A stretch of DNA of 64,000 bases from Bigelowiella natans CCMP2755 (GCA_000320545.1 ADNK01002623.1:28550-92549), one strand, 5' to 3'; numbered from the stretch's first letter, positions 41,550 to 55,044 are shown. Notes: generated from the letters alone by a model not told the origin. Made by a program: numbers and translations.

Positions 41550-43386
41550 AATAGATCTTTAAATTATGTTGTTTATTAGCACTGATTCTAATACTTCAAC
41601 TAAAACTAAATAAAGATGAGTATGATGATGATGATGATGATGATAATGATGATGCCTCAGGAGGAGGAGGAGAAACGCTAGCAGACGCATTAATTTCTAG
41701 AGCTGGTGGAAATTTAGATCTAGAGCCTCCTCCTCCTCCTCAAGGGGCAAACTTATCAGATGTAGTCACCAAATACATTATCATGCCTTCTCCCCCTCCT
41801 CCTCCTCCTCCTCCTCCTCCTCCTCCTCCTAACCCTCCTCCTCATGTGTATTTTTATCATTATTCAAGTTGCTGCAGCTGTTGATTCTACTACTACTACT
41901 ACTGCTACTACTACTACTACTACTACTACTACTGGCTTTTCTTTCACAGAATAATAATTGATAATAGCCGTGATAACTAACTCCAACCTTAAAAAAAAGG
42001 ATGATAAGACGTAACAACTAGCTACTCTGCTACTACTGCTGCTACTACTACTACTACTACTATGTTAGATTAAGGTACTCAAGAAATACTACAGCCTTGA
42101 GTCCTCCTCGATGGAAAATGACGACTATTTACAGACCGGGTGGTAGTAGTAGTAGTAGTATTATGATGATATGATGATGATGATGTAACTCAATAAAGAA
42201 AATACAATACTTGCTTCACATATTGATAGCCGTCGTCTTATATCCACTTATTGGGAGAATGTAATATTACATTAATTTATCAAGTTTAATAAATTGCTCT
42301 CCTTCTCAATCGCGCTTTAATTCTCTGATTAGCTATAGGACATATGATGATAAATTCCATGGATTGTTCCCTTCTCCCACAGCTTGTGCTCATGAGGTAG
42401 AAGTAAGTAGTAGTGGTAGTAGAAGTAAAAGGTAAATTGGATGATGGTCGCGATTAAGTAATCATATTGTACGTCGATAACGATGATCACAGCAGCCTTT
42501 CGTAATCGCTTGTTTTCACACAATCTTAATATGCAGCAGGAACAAAGATATGATTTGGTGGAATATGGTGAAGGAGGATTTCCTATTATACTGTTTCATT
42601 TAGCTTGGTATACGACTGATGAGCAGGTTGTTTGTTTTTCAAGCAAGCTTGCAGTTTTCTTCGATTTTGATATTATTAGCACTACTGCGGTTTTGCCAAC
42701 GGATAGGGATTATTTAACTACACAGTAGTAGCAATATGAAAATCATAGTGAGGATGATGGAGTAATTACATGTATTTGTATGTTTAGCTGATTCGTTGTT
42801 ACGATGTAGGATTATTTGCATCTTTGTTATCATTTATTGTTGTCGCAACACTCCCATTCTTGCTAGGTTTTTCGGATTTGCACAGAAGCTGGAGCGGTAA
42901 TAATAGTAGTAGTAAATTATCCCTGCATTCAGTAGTATTAGATTTTGATGTTGGTGCTGATACTGATATTTTTTCATGTTGCTGGTACACCATACACAGA
43001 TTGTGGTAGACATGAAATTCAATGAATTTCCGGTAATAATAGAAAATTTGAAGAACATATCGTCTTTCTTCGTTGTTTCATTTTTATTTATTAAATCCAG
43101 TCGTCAATCAGATCAGAGTAGGAAAAGCCAGAGAGGATTTTTTTTCATCGTCATTACCTTCTTCATCACCCATCATCCACAGATTAACGGAATGTCCAAG
43201 GGTTCATGTATCGTCTGGTTAAAAGAAAAAAACACTTTAAACAAAGTCATTAAAGCCTTGAATGGGCGCTATGTGGACGGCAGGCAAATAGGGTGCAAAG
43301 TATATAACCCTGATGGGGATTACATTGCTTCTGAAATCGATCCAGAAGCTCGTGGAATCAACATAAACAAGCTATTGCTGCAGTGA
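37359..43386 (+). CDS. Multi-micro-exon gene ending in a CPSF6/CPSF7-like RRM (5' part may be a separate gene)
   Basis: Spliced 3' exons read AWYTTDEQ|VFRICTEAGA|IVVDMKFNEFP|INGMSKGSCIVWLKEKNTLNKVIKALNGRYVDGRQI, resembling the WWTTD...IKF...NGQSKG RRM of CFIm68/59. Upstream exons are acidic; first exon has hydrophobic LILLGAALLCFSV. Confidence 0.5.
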
Positions 43387-43506
43387 TGATGATGAGACTG
43401 CCTCATTCTACATAGCTTGCACATCTCAGATTCTTGCTCAGATAATTGCATGTTGTGTGCATGTTGTATTACCTAAAAACTAGAAGTAAAAATTTGTTAG
43501 TAATTT

Positions 43507-43794
43507 GGGGCGCGTTGGATCGTTTTTGCATGAGCTAGTGAGGCGCATTCACATGCTGGCATGGGAGCGTGAACGTTGGCATGGGAGTGCGCACAGCTCA
43601 CGATCAGTTTTTCCGCTGATCTGGTCACAACAAAAAGAAAGCGGCAGCGGAAAGCAGCACAGTGTTAATGTTCAACAATGTCCGCCATGTCAGTTCTCAC
43701 ATCAAGGGCTAGAGGGGGTGCGTTGGGTCGTTTGCATGAGGCGCATTCACATGCTGGCATGGCGGGAGTGTGAACGTTGGCATGGGAGCGCGCA
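43507..43794 (+). repeat. Pair of ~80-87-bp direct repeats (43507-43593 and 43715-43794)
   Basis: Shared gaggcgcattcacatgctggcatgg...gtgaacgttggcatgggag; differences are mainly CG/TG transitions and small indels. Confidence 0.9.
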
Positions 43795-44030
43795 TGTTTA
43801 ACGACGTGCAAGGCAGTGTTGCTCGTGAATCGTTTGCTGCGTGGCACGTCGATCACTCGTCAACATGCGCGCATGTCATGCAAGAGAAGACGTTTCACAC
43901 TAGGCCAAGAATTTCCCGTTGGGTTTCGGACAAGGCGTGGAGCAACGCTAGAACGGGGGCGATTTCATTTGCACGACATCAGGCAATTGCAGTAACCTGG
44001 TGATGGATCGGCAGTCGACTCGTTGCATGA

Positions 44031-44062
44031 GGGTGGGCTTCGCAGCGAAGCCCCCCAGCTAG
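44031..44062 (+). mobile_element. Possible Helitron-type 3' terminus (GC hairpin followed by CTAG)
   Basis: gggcttcgc-a-gcgaagccc inverted repeat (44035-44053), then CTAG at 44059-44062; no 5' end or Rep/helicase seen. Confidence 0.3.
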
Positions 44063-44497
44063 CCAGCCTGCATTTTGTTCATTGCAAGTTGTTTGTTTAG
44101 CACAGCGAATCATTTCGAATGATCCAACTTGCGCATAGCGAATGATCATTGAACAATCCAACGGGGAGGACACAGCCGCATAATAATAGCTCTAGAGCTG
44201 TCCGATCATCACAAAGTTCCACAACGTGCTCAACATGCGCTGCATCAGGCTCATGCATGTGCATTGGAAAAATGCACAGCAGGGGCAAAATGATCTCAAT
44301 GTTGCAACGTGATGAGCATTGGCCATGCTAGTATGACCTCGTGCAAATTGAAAATGCAATGACATCATGCACATCTAGACATCTCAACACACGTGCAGCA
44401 TGCGAGTAGACACACAACTTTGGGGACGCAAGATTGTCAATTAATGACGACAAAGTGCTCATCAGCGAATCAATTAATGACATCGCATGTTGTGTAA

Positions 44498-44925
44498 GAC
44501 GGATGTGATGAATCAAATTCAATTTGTTCAATGGTCATCATCATGTAGCTGCGTAGCTGTACATCGTACAACCCATGGCCCCTTTGAAGATCGATGCATG
44601 AGCATTTACCTGCACACATGCCATGCAAATGCGTGTCATTGCGGATGATGCATGTGTTACTTAGAGCACATGTACTTTACATGTTCACTTTGGTACACGT
44701 GTGGGTAAAAACACATATAAATGTACAACAGGTCTCACATGTCTAGATGTGTGGTAAAGAATATCTGTGTAGAACTATATATGTTCACACGCGTGTACGC
44801 CCATAGCTAGATAGCCCCTTTTATTTGAGGCTGTGGGGCAATGCAGCGGCCATAGCGCGCGGGCGCCAATGTTGAATCTGTTGGTCTCCGCCATAATGTG
44901 CTTCATGCAATCAAATGCATGTTGT
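44498..44925 (+). repeat. Dispersed repeat, interrupted copy C (44498-44556 and ~44830-44925)
   Basis: gacggatgtgatgaa...ttcaatggtcatc...atgtagctg, and gcagcggc...gttgaatctgttggtctccgccataatgtg match copies A/B. Confidence 0.7.
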
Positions 44926-45353
44926 TTACTAATAGTAGATGCAATGCGTTATGCCACATGAGGCTTATTTGGTGTGTTGTAGCTACGATGTTCATGTGTA
45001 CGTACGCATGTGCTAGCTCCGCGTGAAGAAGCGTACGCCCACTACTCCTATATGCTTCTAGCGTGTATATCGTAATAACGTGTCATTGTGACTGTCATCC
45101 TTTTTCATTTTTATGAAGATATAATATTCAGTAACCAGATTAAGTGCATGCAATTATGTGAGCAATTGTATGAAGCACGTAATAATAAGACGCAAGTTGC
45201 TGTTACAGCAATCCCAAGAGCGCTATTCAAGCCCTCATTCTCACCGATCGGTATGGAACAACTTGATCACGTAAAGAATATTTCTCTTTGCACTTGCTAC
45301 TTGTACTGATGCATTTTGCATACTAAGTACCTATCTCCCTCTCGCTCTCTCCC

Positions 45354-45398
<45 letters not shown>

Positions 45399-45453
45399 AT
45401 CTATCTCACTCTCTACCTCTCACTCCCTTTGTTCTTCTTACGTAATACTGAAA

Positions 45454-45872
45454 TCAATCATCTAATATTCCAGAGGCACGGACAAGATCCTTATGATCCA
45501 ATATTTGGCGAGGTCCCCATTGCACCCTAGAAGCTAGGCATTCTCTTACATGATGATGATGTCGATGACGACGACGATGATGATAATGATGATCATGACG
45601 GTGGTCACCGTTCTTCTTCAGCAAATATAGCTCCTTTGTTTTCGTCTGCTGTGCATTTCCTTGCTGCTCTTTATCATCATCATTATCATCATCACCATGC
45701 AGCTGCTGCTGCTGCTGGAATGGCGACATAACTGCCCCGCACCCACCACCACCAAATTTGACGACTTTATTGATTATTGCTGCGGTATCGAGAATATCGT
45801 ACAAGTCTGGTTCTTCTTTTGATACTACTGCTCCCGTTGGAGTTGCTGCTGTAGTGTCGTTATCCTCATCAC

Positions 45873-45905
<33 letters not shown>

Positions 45906-45980
45906 CATAATTATCAACATCATGAGTACCCTTAATCCCTTCATTCTTCTTTATTCTACTACGAGTTGTTGTTTTTGTAC

Positions 45981-46017
<37 letters not shown>

Positions 46018-46638
46018 GTGATGACAACCTACTCAACTGCTTTTTGTGACCATCCTTGAAAGACGCAAAGTCCATATCAGCAGCTGCTATTCCAATTTGT
46101 GATCTTATTTTCTTTTTCTCCTCCTCCTGCTTTATTGACTTTCTTTCTCTCCTCTTCCTCCTCTTTTTGTCATCAGCGTTGTGCTTCTCATCGTTATTAT
46201 TGTTTTCTTTGAAATGACATTTGATAACCAACTTTGCAACAGGATCAGGTATACGATAAATAGGAGGATTTGGTCCAGATGATACCTTAACAAGAAGTTA
46301 TCAGTTGTGTCTTTTGTAAGGGAATGGGGCGGGGGTTGAAGATAATATCTATTGGCTAATTATTGGAAGTTGCTTTGATGATATGGGATTTATCAATTAG
46401 CATAACAAATAAATTATTAAAATTATTGCTATATCTCTTACTACCAGTAAAGTAACTGAGTCAAGCACTTTAAGGATCTTCTCTTTCCGTAGTTCTGGGA
46501 TGTTTATGGAGAGAGACTCCGCTGCTGCTACTGCTACGTTTCTTCTACTACTATTACTACCACTTTTAATCTGAGCATCTCTTGATGATTTCACTTGAAT
46601 CTCCGCTTTATATGACGAGAGACGACCGCAAAAGGTGC

Positions 46639-46671
<33 letters not shown>

Positions 46672-47739
46672 CCGTCGTCGTCGTTGTATAATGCTTATTT
46701 ATGGCCCTCCTTCCTACGTCACTACAAGGGAGTATTATTCCTTCTCCTACTTGAGCAAGACTAGTAATATCATCCGCTTTACATTCTTCTTCTTTGCCGT
46801 TATCGTCGTTGTTTCCACCATCGATGATACTTGTGACATCGTCGTTTGTCTTAGACTTTCTTTTAAGCACAAGTCTACTGCTGCTGCAAGTACTGCCCCC
46901 TCCCCCTCCGTTTGAGCTACTACCATCGTTGTATGTGAGCAACTTGCATCGTACCTTACAGCACGTAGTATTGGTATTATTGTTGCATTAGTGGAATCGT
47001 GCATGATGATGGGATCAATCAATGGAATAGTAATAACGTTGTACAAGACAGATCGCGCACAAATTAAAGACGGCAGAAAGCCAATAATGAGAAGTAAGGA
47101 GAATATGATGAATTCAGAATAATATACAAACAATATATGAACTCATAATCATCCAAGAATAAGCTCTTCTATCATAATCTCTTCACTGGGATATCTCTAC
47201 TACCTACAACTTCTAATACTGTTACTACTTTACCTATTACTACTACGACAACTAATACTCCTACCTTTGATTGTAGCGAAGGAACAAAGGCTAAGAATCC
47301 GTTGTGTTTGATGGAATAAATCACTGCCTTAACTCGTAAGGGTCCATGTGTCGCCAAATATGCATGCAAAAACAGTTTCTGCGAGTCCTTTAGAAGAGAG
47401 GTACCACCACCACCACCACCACCACCACCAGCAACAACAGCATATGTTTTAGGTGATATTATTGTTATTGTTGGGGGTGGGACAGGGGAAGTACAGGGCA
47501 AAGGGTTGACCATGACAGCAAACAAAATAGGAACAAAAACTGTAATAATACGTTCAGAAATGTGAATATTATTCACAATGAGATGACAATACTTATTCCT
47601 CTTCTTCTTGCTTTACTTTTCCATGCAGCAAGACTTTAGTTCTTATCATATACTGCTACTACTACTACTACTACTACTACTACTATTACTACTACTTCTA
47701 TGAATATGTGCTGCTTTGCTTGTTTGCTGCATACGCAGC

Positions 47740-47780
<41 letters not shown>

Positions 47781-48427
47781 TAGATGCAAACTTTGCGTTA
47801 CGATTCCTTATATTACATCGATCAGCGATTTCTCTTATCATTGGCAGTTTTGTGTGGGAAGAAGAAGATAAGGAAGATGATGGTAGTGCTGTTTGACAGG
47901 CAGCACCATCTTGTTCTTTTTCCTTTTTTCCCTCCTTCTCCTCTATCTCTTCTATAGCACTCATTAGTTGTCTATGCACCTATGTAGCAGTAGTAGTAGT
48001 AATGGTAGTAATAGTTGTAGTAGTACTGATTAGTTGTGTAGTAGAAGCAGTAGTAGTAATAGTAGTTGTAGTAATAGTAGTTACTATACATACAGACAGA
48101 GATGTAATGGTTGCATATAGACACATACATACAATACATACACGTCGTACATACAATGATATCGGCATATCTTCGTATTGGAGAGGTAAAGTGCGTATAT
48201 AAATCAGCAGCAAGCCCGTAGTGATAAAGCTGCTTTGGAGAAGAAGAAGAAGAAGAAGAAGGAGGAGGAGGAAGAGGAGGTGTAGTCTGCGATGACAAGT
48301 CCATGGAAGAATGTAAGGATGATGATGATGATGATGATGGCATGCTGGTGCAGTATTCCCCTGCAGCAACGTATTGAGCTTCTGACATAGCTTTCGTCGC
48401 CATAGATCTCAAAAGCCTTGCACTCCA

Positions 48428-48473
<46 letters not shown>

Positions 48474-49189
48474 GCGTGTATGATGAGCTTGCGTGTCTAA
48501 GTATCTACATCTATATCTAAAACAATTGTAAGCATTACAAAAATAATAATAATCATAATAATAATAATTGTTATCTTAAATCATGAGGAAGATGAGGATA
48601 ATGATAAGAATGACAATTTTTTATTTTCTTATCAACACCATCATCATCACCATCATCATCATCATCATCATCATGATATATCTAGCAACCTTGATCATCA
48701 TGTAGCGCGTCGTCATTAGTAGTTCTTGATTTAGACGGCGACGATGTTTTCTTCTTCTTCTTCTTCTTGTTCTTGTTTTTATTTTGAGAGAGAAGGTGCA
48801 TTGTTACTTGATCGAGAGACTCTTGCAGTTGTTTATTACTTCCTGTGGTAGTAAGTAGTAGCCGTTAGTCGTTACTTGCAGTAGTAGTAGTAGTAGTAGT
48901 AGTAGTAATAGTAGTAGTGAGGGCTGTGGTCAACTACATGTTGTTGTTGTTGTTGTTGCTGTATTCAATACAAGTTTTGTCTACTGAAAGAGACAACGGA
49001 GAGGTAAAAATTAAAAGTATGCATCAACTATTGACGATAATCAATAGAAAGGGTAGTGTATGGCGGTTCTTTATGATGAAAATGATGATGAAAATAATGA
49101 TGAAAATGATGATGATGATGAAGAAGAGAGTTTTGACGATGAGAAACTAATAATCCGTGGTTCTCTACACAATATCATCATGATAAAAG

Positions 49190-49228
<39 letters not shown>

Positions 49229-49279
49229 GTGATTAGAGTTACTACCTACCGTCCAGCTACAGCTACAGCTACTACAACT

Positions 49280-49312
<33 letters not shown>

Positions 49313-50174
49313 ATACCTTTCTGTATTTTAATAGCCCCCTCCCCCCCCCCCTCGGGCGCACCAGCACTCGCTGATAGTACAAGTCTTTCTAGCTCTTGAA
49401 AACCATTGATATCTGGCTCAGGATGTCTTCTTAAAAGGGCTGCAAGAGAAACCTTTTTAGATTGGAAGATCTTTCTTGCTACAGTACAGTTGGCAAATAT
49501 CATCATTTCTGCTATGGTGTGGTGCATTTCCAGGTCGTGACTTTCAGTCTTGATGTTCTTTGGGTTGTTGTTGCTGTTGTTACTCTTGTTTGTATTCTTA
49601 TTCCTTTGATGATGATGATGTTGTTGTTGTTGTTGTTTGCCCCCCTGGGCAGCAGCAGTAGTGGTGGTGAAATCCTCGTTGTCTTCTAGCTCAAATTGAG
49701 GCATAAAACTATCAAGTTGAAGGGCACCAGCCTCCTTACGAGCTGCCATTAGAGCGCGACCAACAGCCTAGTAGTTTAACAACAACATGATGAAAAGACA
49801 GCAAGAGAAGAAGAAGGAGAAGAGAAAGATATTAGCACTCTTCTTCTTCTTATAGAAAGGAAGGATAGCAAAACTGCATACTCCATCCTCGTCCTCTTCG
49901 TAGTCATTTAAAATACCTGCAGCATGATGAGCTTTCTCCGTGTTTTGACTAGATCAATATGCTCATCACCATCAATTTGCGACAAGAAATCTTTGTATTT
50001 AGAAGAAGAGGAGGAGGATTTTAACGATGATGACGACGATAATGGAGGTTTGAGGGATGATTCTTCAGAATCCACTAGTTGTTGTGCTTGTTCGTAGCTT
50101 ATTGCAGCACTATTGTGAATGATTGTCCGACCAAACCATACATTACGAACACGGATCTTAGCACTGGGAACTCT

Positions 50175-50214
<40 letters not shown>

Positions 50215-51304
50215 GGTGGAGAGGAAAGCAGAAATGAGAGAATCGATTAAATAAATTATTATCGTTGAATAATTTAGTTGGTTATTATTCCACGATAATA
50301 AATAAAAATAATGTGGTGTGAATAATAAAATGTTATCACAGTAGCAGTTATAGAGGAGTAGTAGTAGTAGTAGTAGTAGTAGTAAAAGTATTCCTCAATG
50401 CTGCATCATCAAAGTTGTCGTCTTTATGGATTAAGTCATCAATAGCACCCTCCAGAACATACACACCTGCCAGTACTGCTGCTTCTTCTTTTTCTTCTCC
50501 TTCCGTCACTTTTGTCATTACTGTTGTTTTTTTTTCCCTCCTCCTCCTCATCATCATTATCAATGTTGACATCGATTGCATCTATCTCCCATAGAACAGA
50601 TGCAGCGAGCCTGGATGTATTTTAGATTCCCACACACAAACACGCATACACTAAACACTAAACACTAAACACTAAACACATACTCACGCGCACGCATGGT
50701 TTCACTACCACTACCACTATTACTACCACCACTATTACTGCTACTACTATACGAATGAAAACCACCACTACTCACTACTTTTAAAACTTAATTACATTAT
50801 AAATTCCATCATCATCAGTTGTAGTTTTAGTCCTCGTAGTACCAATTATAAAAACTGCTACTCTTACATAATAATCGTCATCTTCTTCTTCTTCTTCATC
50901 CTATAACCCTGCTTCTCCCGTCTCCTACCTGTCAGTCCCCCCCCTCAAGGAGCATAGATCTGTAGAAAGCACTTTTGGCAGCATATCCAATCTTCTATCA
51001 ACTAGATATACGGAAGTTGCTCTAGCCATTGCCTCAGCGTCAAGAGGGCTGCCAGCATGCACAAAATGGCTCACGTCTGCAATATGCACTCCTATTTCCC
51101 ATCGGTTATTTGCTAATTTTCGAATAGATAGAGCGTCATCAACGTCCTCACATCCAAGAGGATCTATACTAAACACACAACCCTGATGGTAAAAATGTAA
51201 TGTAGCAGTAGTAGTTGTAGTAGTAGAAGAAGAAGCAGTATCAAAAAGAAGAAGAGAATGGGAACGATAAGTGAAAGAATAATGATTAAATAAGATGAAA
51301 CACG

Positions 51305-51336
<32 letters not shown>

Positions 51337-52179
51337 GTAGGAAATTCAGCAGCTGTCTTCTCCTACTCATCCTCCTCCTCCTCTGCTCACTCTCATCTTC
51401 ACCTTGAGCGAGTGCCGTAAATCACGTCGACGTTTGATTTCAGCCTCTGGCACTTTCCACCGGTACCTCACTCTTGATGGTACCGGCGGTGCATTATTAT
51501 TAAGATCGTCTCCATCATGAATATCATCACCATCACCATAGTACCCATTTTCAGGTCTTAAAGGTAAGCCCTGCAATTATACAACACACAGCGTACTTGC
51601 GTTATGATGATAATGATGATGAAGAAGAAGAAGAGGAAGGAGAAGGAGGAGGAGGAGGAGGAGGAGGCGTTTGAATAAAATGTTGTACGTATGGCAGTAT
51701 ATAATTGAAACGCAGGAGGTTAATTACCAATATTACTATCCAATATTATTTAGTTTTCTCCTTAGCGGCAAAGCCATGGCGATTGCAACGTTTATAGCAA
51801 TAATTATCATAAACTCAATGATACCGAACAATAAAAAACACGTAATTATTCTAATGTGTTATCGGTACTACTACTATTACTATTTTCCAATGTAGTTGTA
51901 CTACGACCTGGAGCAAGAATGGCGAGAATGGTGGGTGACGAACATCCCTTTCCACACAAATCGCTTTAGTTTCAGTCTCAATATGTCCTACAAGTCCAAG
52001 AGATTTAACATAGTAAGCGAAGGGTAACTTCGAATCCTTCGGCCACGATCTCATCCGACATACTAAACGCTTATTCTCAAGTACTGCTGCTTGTGAGCTA
52101 TAAAGATATACACGGGGAAGCCGTCGGTCCATGGGTACAGCTATGATCCTCCTTCTTCTCGCACTACTACTACCAGCAG

Positions 52180-52218
<39 letters not shown>

Positions 52219-55044
52219 CCTCATCTTTTTGTAATGTGCAGATGAAGTCTCTCCAATTCCGACTTTTGATTCCAACTACGACTCCGCTAGGAGAGGATGA
52301 CGATGATGACTTAGAGAAGAAAGAAGGTGAAAGTGCGGAAATATGGACATTTTGTTTTTGTTCCTCTTCCTCCTCCTCCTCTCCCTGGTCTATGAGCACA
52401 AGCTTCGACTTTGAGAAACTCCAGTCTTGCCTAGCGAGTAGCTTTACGTATACCGTATCGCCGTCAATTGCACGATTTCGGCTTTCAAAACCATGAACTA
52501 ATATAGTGGAGATAGATTGCTGCTCAGAGAAGTTTCTTCTTCCTCCTCTTTCTTCCTTGGTTAGCAGATATCGATTAAGGCGTTTTCTATCGGTTTGAGA
52601 GAGCACAACTTCGGCCTAACATTGTGCCGACGGAAAGACGTATTAGTTTTGCGGATAGTTGTTGTGATTAGCCAACAATAACTAAATGCTACTATGGAAG
52701 TAACCTACTAAAATAATAACAAACATAATCTTCCCAACAACAGACAGTTGTCAACACATAGATTAATAATAATTATATTCTCCATCTGCGACTTCAAACT
52801 ACTGCTACCTCTTCTCGTGGATTGATACCCGAAACTTTCAGTTTGCCCACGAAAGCCTCTCCGCCTTTTCGCAATAATTCCAGTGTCTCAGGCTCTAGAT
52901 GGCCTGCATATTCACCTGTTTTGCGGTCCTGCTTCGCGGCCACACGAGAGGAAGCACCGACATGTGCAGCAGTGTTAATGTTTATTCTTTTCTGTTCTTC
53001 TTCTTCCTTCACAATGCTCCCCCCCATCATGTGAATACGGACGAGCTCCTTAGCGGCTTTCTCCTTTCTCTCACGGCGGGCAGCTTCGACTGATAACACT
53101 TCCTACGTTGGTAGTAGCGGGAATCAATTCGGAGGAAAATGGAGAACGACAACGTACAGATAAAGGAAGAGGACTTGAAAGAAAAGGTTAAGTTGAAGAA
53201 AATCCAGGAAAAAAAATCAATACTTTTGCATACTACGTCATGTGATTATTCCCCCCAAATATTTAATGTCGTCGTCGCCGTGAGCTATACTATATTCACT
53301 TCTACAACCTGGTATGCTCGCCAAATATTTGACGAGTGCTTCTGCCATCGAGCCATATAATTACCCATACTTTCGTAAACAACCTACGTTTGCAGTACAT
53401 TTGCAGTAAGTGTTAATGATGATGATGATGGTGGTGATGATGATGATGATGATGATGATGATGGTGGCATTGGTGGAGAGGAAGAAGTACTACTCGTACG
53501 CCCATGGTTGATATTACAGCAATGGGTGGTGGTTCAAGTAAAGCATGCTTAGCTGAAATGTTGTTGTTGATGATGATGATGATGACGATGATGATGACGA
53601 TGATAGCGCAAATATGTACATGCACACGCGCACACGCACAGATTGAACAACATTTCTTGCTTGTATCAAAATTATTCTAGTAAGGGAAGGTACAATACTT
53701 ACACCATCTACCATCTGCCTTTCTGCTCTTTTATCGATATATTTTTACCCACCCCTCTGATTCTTTCAATTTTCTCGAGAGGCTTGTCCAGAATAGGATC
53801 CCATATAACTACTATTGGAGGGGGAGGAGGAGGAGCACCACCACCATCAATAGGAAGAGACGTTGCCGTTGCCTGCAATATTTGTTGTTGTTGTTGTTGC
53901 TGCTGCTGCTGCATCTTCGCAATAAATTCCGCTGCACGTGATACAGCATGTAGATCACGCTCTGCTGAAGTCTGTGACGATTTCCTGGGCTGATTATAGT
54001 CAACAAAGCGAAGAAAAGAGTGAGGAGGAGGAGGCAAGGATGATAGTTTGTTAGAAATCATGAAAGAGGTGACCACCACGTTGATATCATTTAAAATGAA
54101 AAATGTAGTGCAGGAATAGTACTGTTTTTTCAGCATACAGCTCATTGTTAAAAATGCCAACACCTGATAAGTTTGGTGGTGATGTTCATTATCGAATACT
54201 ATGAATCGCCGAGAAGGGTCCGCAATTATCACTTTTAATCGGTTTAAAGCACGTGATGTTGCCAGTCGTTCGAAACGATCTAGAACCTTTATTCCAACAA
54301 ATTATTCGTCATTGTTAACGTGTATGAGAAAGAGAAGAAAAAAGTGACCATACCAAGGCTCCAAAAACAAAAATACTTCAGAACAGAAAGCGACGAATCA
54401 ATAAATCATGCAATGATAGCAACAAAACACTCTCAAACAATATGTAAGATATAAGTATGTGCCTTGTGCATGTGTACATTATTTTACGTGCAAGGATGTA
54501 ATAGGTACACTACACACACACACACACAAACACTAAATATATGCATGTATATGTACATGTATATACATGTACATATACATGTCTTAGTACAATCAGAACT
54601 AAATATTTAACGTATGAAACAGAACGAAAACATCAAAAGTGTGATGTTATGTGATAAACTGACCGTTTGAAGAATGATAATATCCTTCCAGTCTCTGGCA
54701 ACTTCCAGGACCTCAAGAAATCTAAGGAGTGTATTCACATCTGGTACCATAAAATGTGTTGCGTTGTCATGAAGGCTTGGCACAGAATTTCTTTTTGAGT
54801 TATTATTCCTGCCTGCAATTTTGAAAGTCAAGCAAGCAAGGATTTGGAGAAGAAACATTTACCATTTGAATGTCAAACAAGCATCTTGTGTTGAAGATTT
54901 GGTGAAGAAACATTTACCACTTGAAGAAGAAGAGAGTGGAGCCGCAATATCATCTCTTAGATAGTGCTCTCTTACAATTCGAACAATGCGCCCTCGCCTT
55001 GATTTCACTGCAAAAATATCCTGAGCCACTCCAACAGCTGGCAT
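45454..55044 (-). CDS. DIS3L: DIS3-like exoribonuclease (PIN + OB/CSD + RNB), most similar to DIS3L
   Basis: [11 protein letters not shown]; [18 protein letters not shown]; [14 protein letters not shown]; [16 protein letters not shown]...[11 protein letters not shown]...[18 protein letters not shown]; [13 protein letters not shown]; [28 protein letters not shown]; 3' exons low-complexity and approximate. Confidence 0.88.

Larger units (their letters stand above)
43503..44400. other. TpA-depleted island
   Basis: Manual count ~17 TA in ~900 bp, 8 of them in CTAG. Confidence 0.8.
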
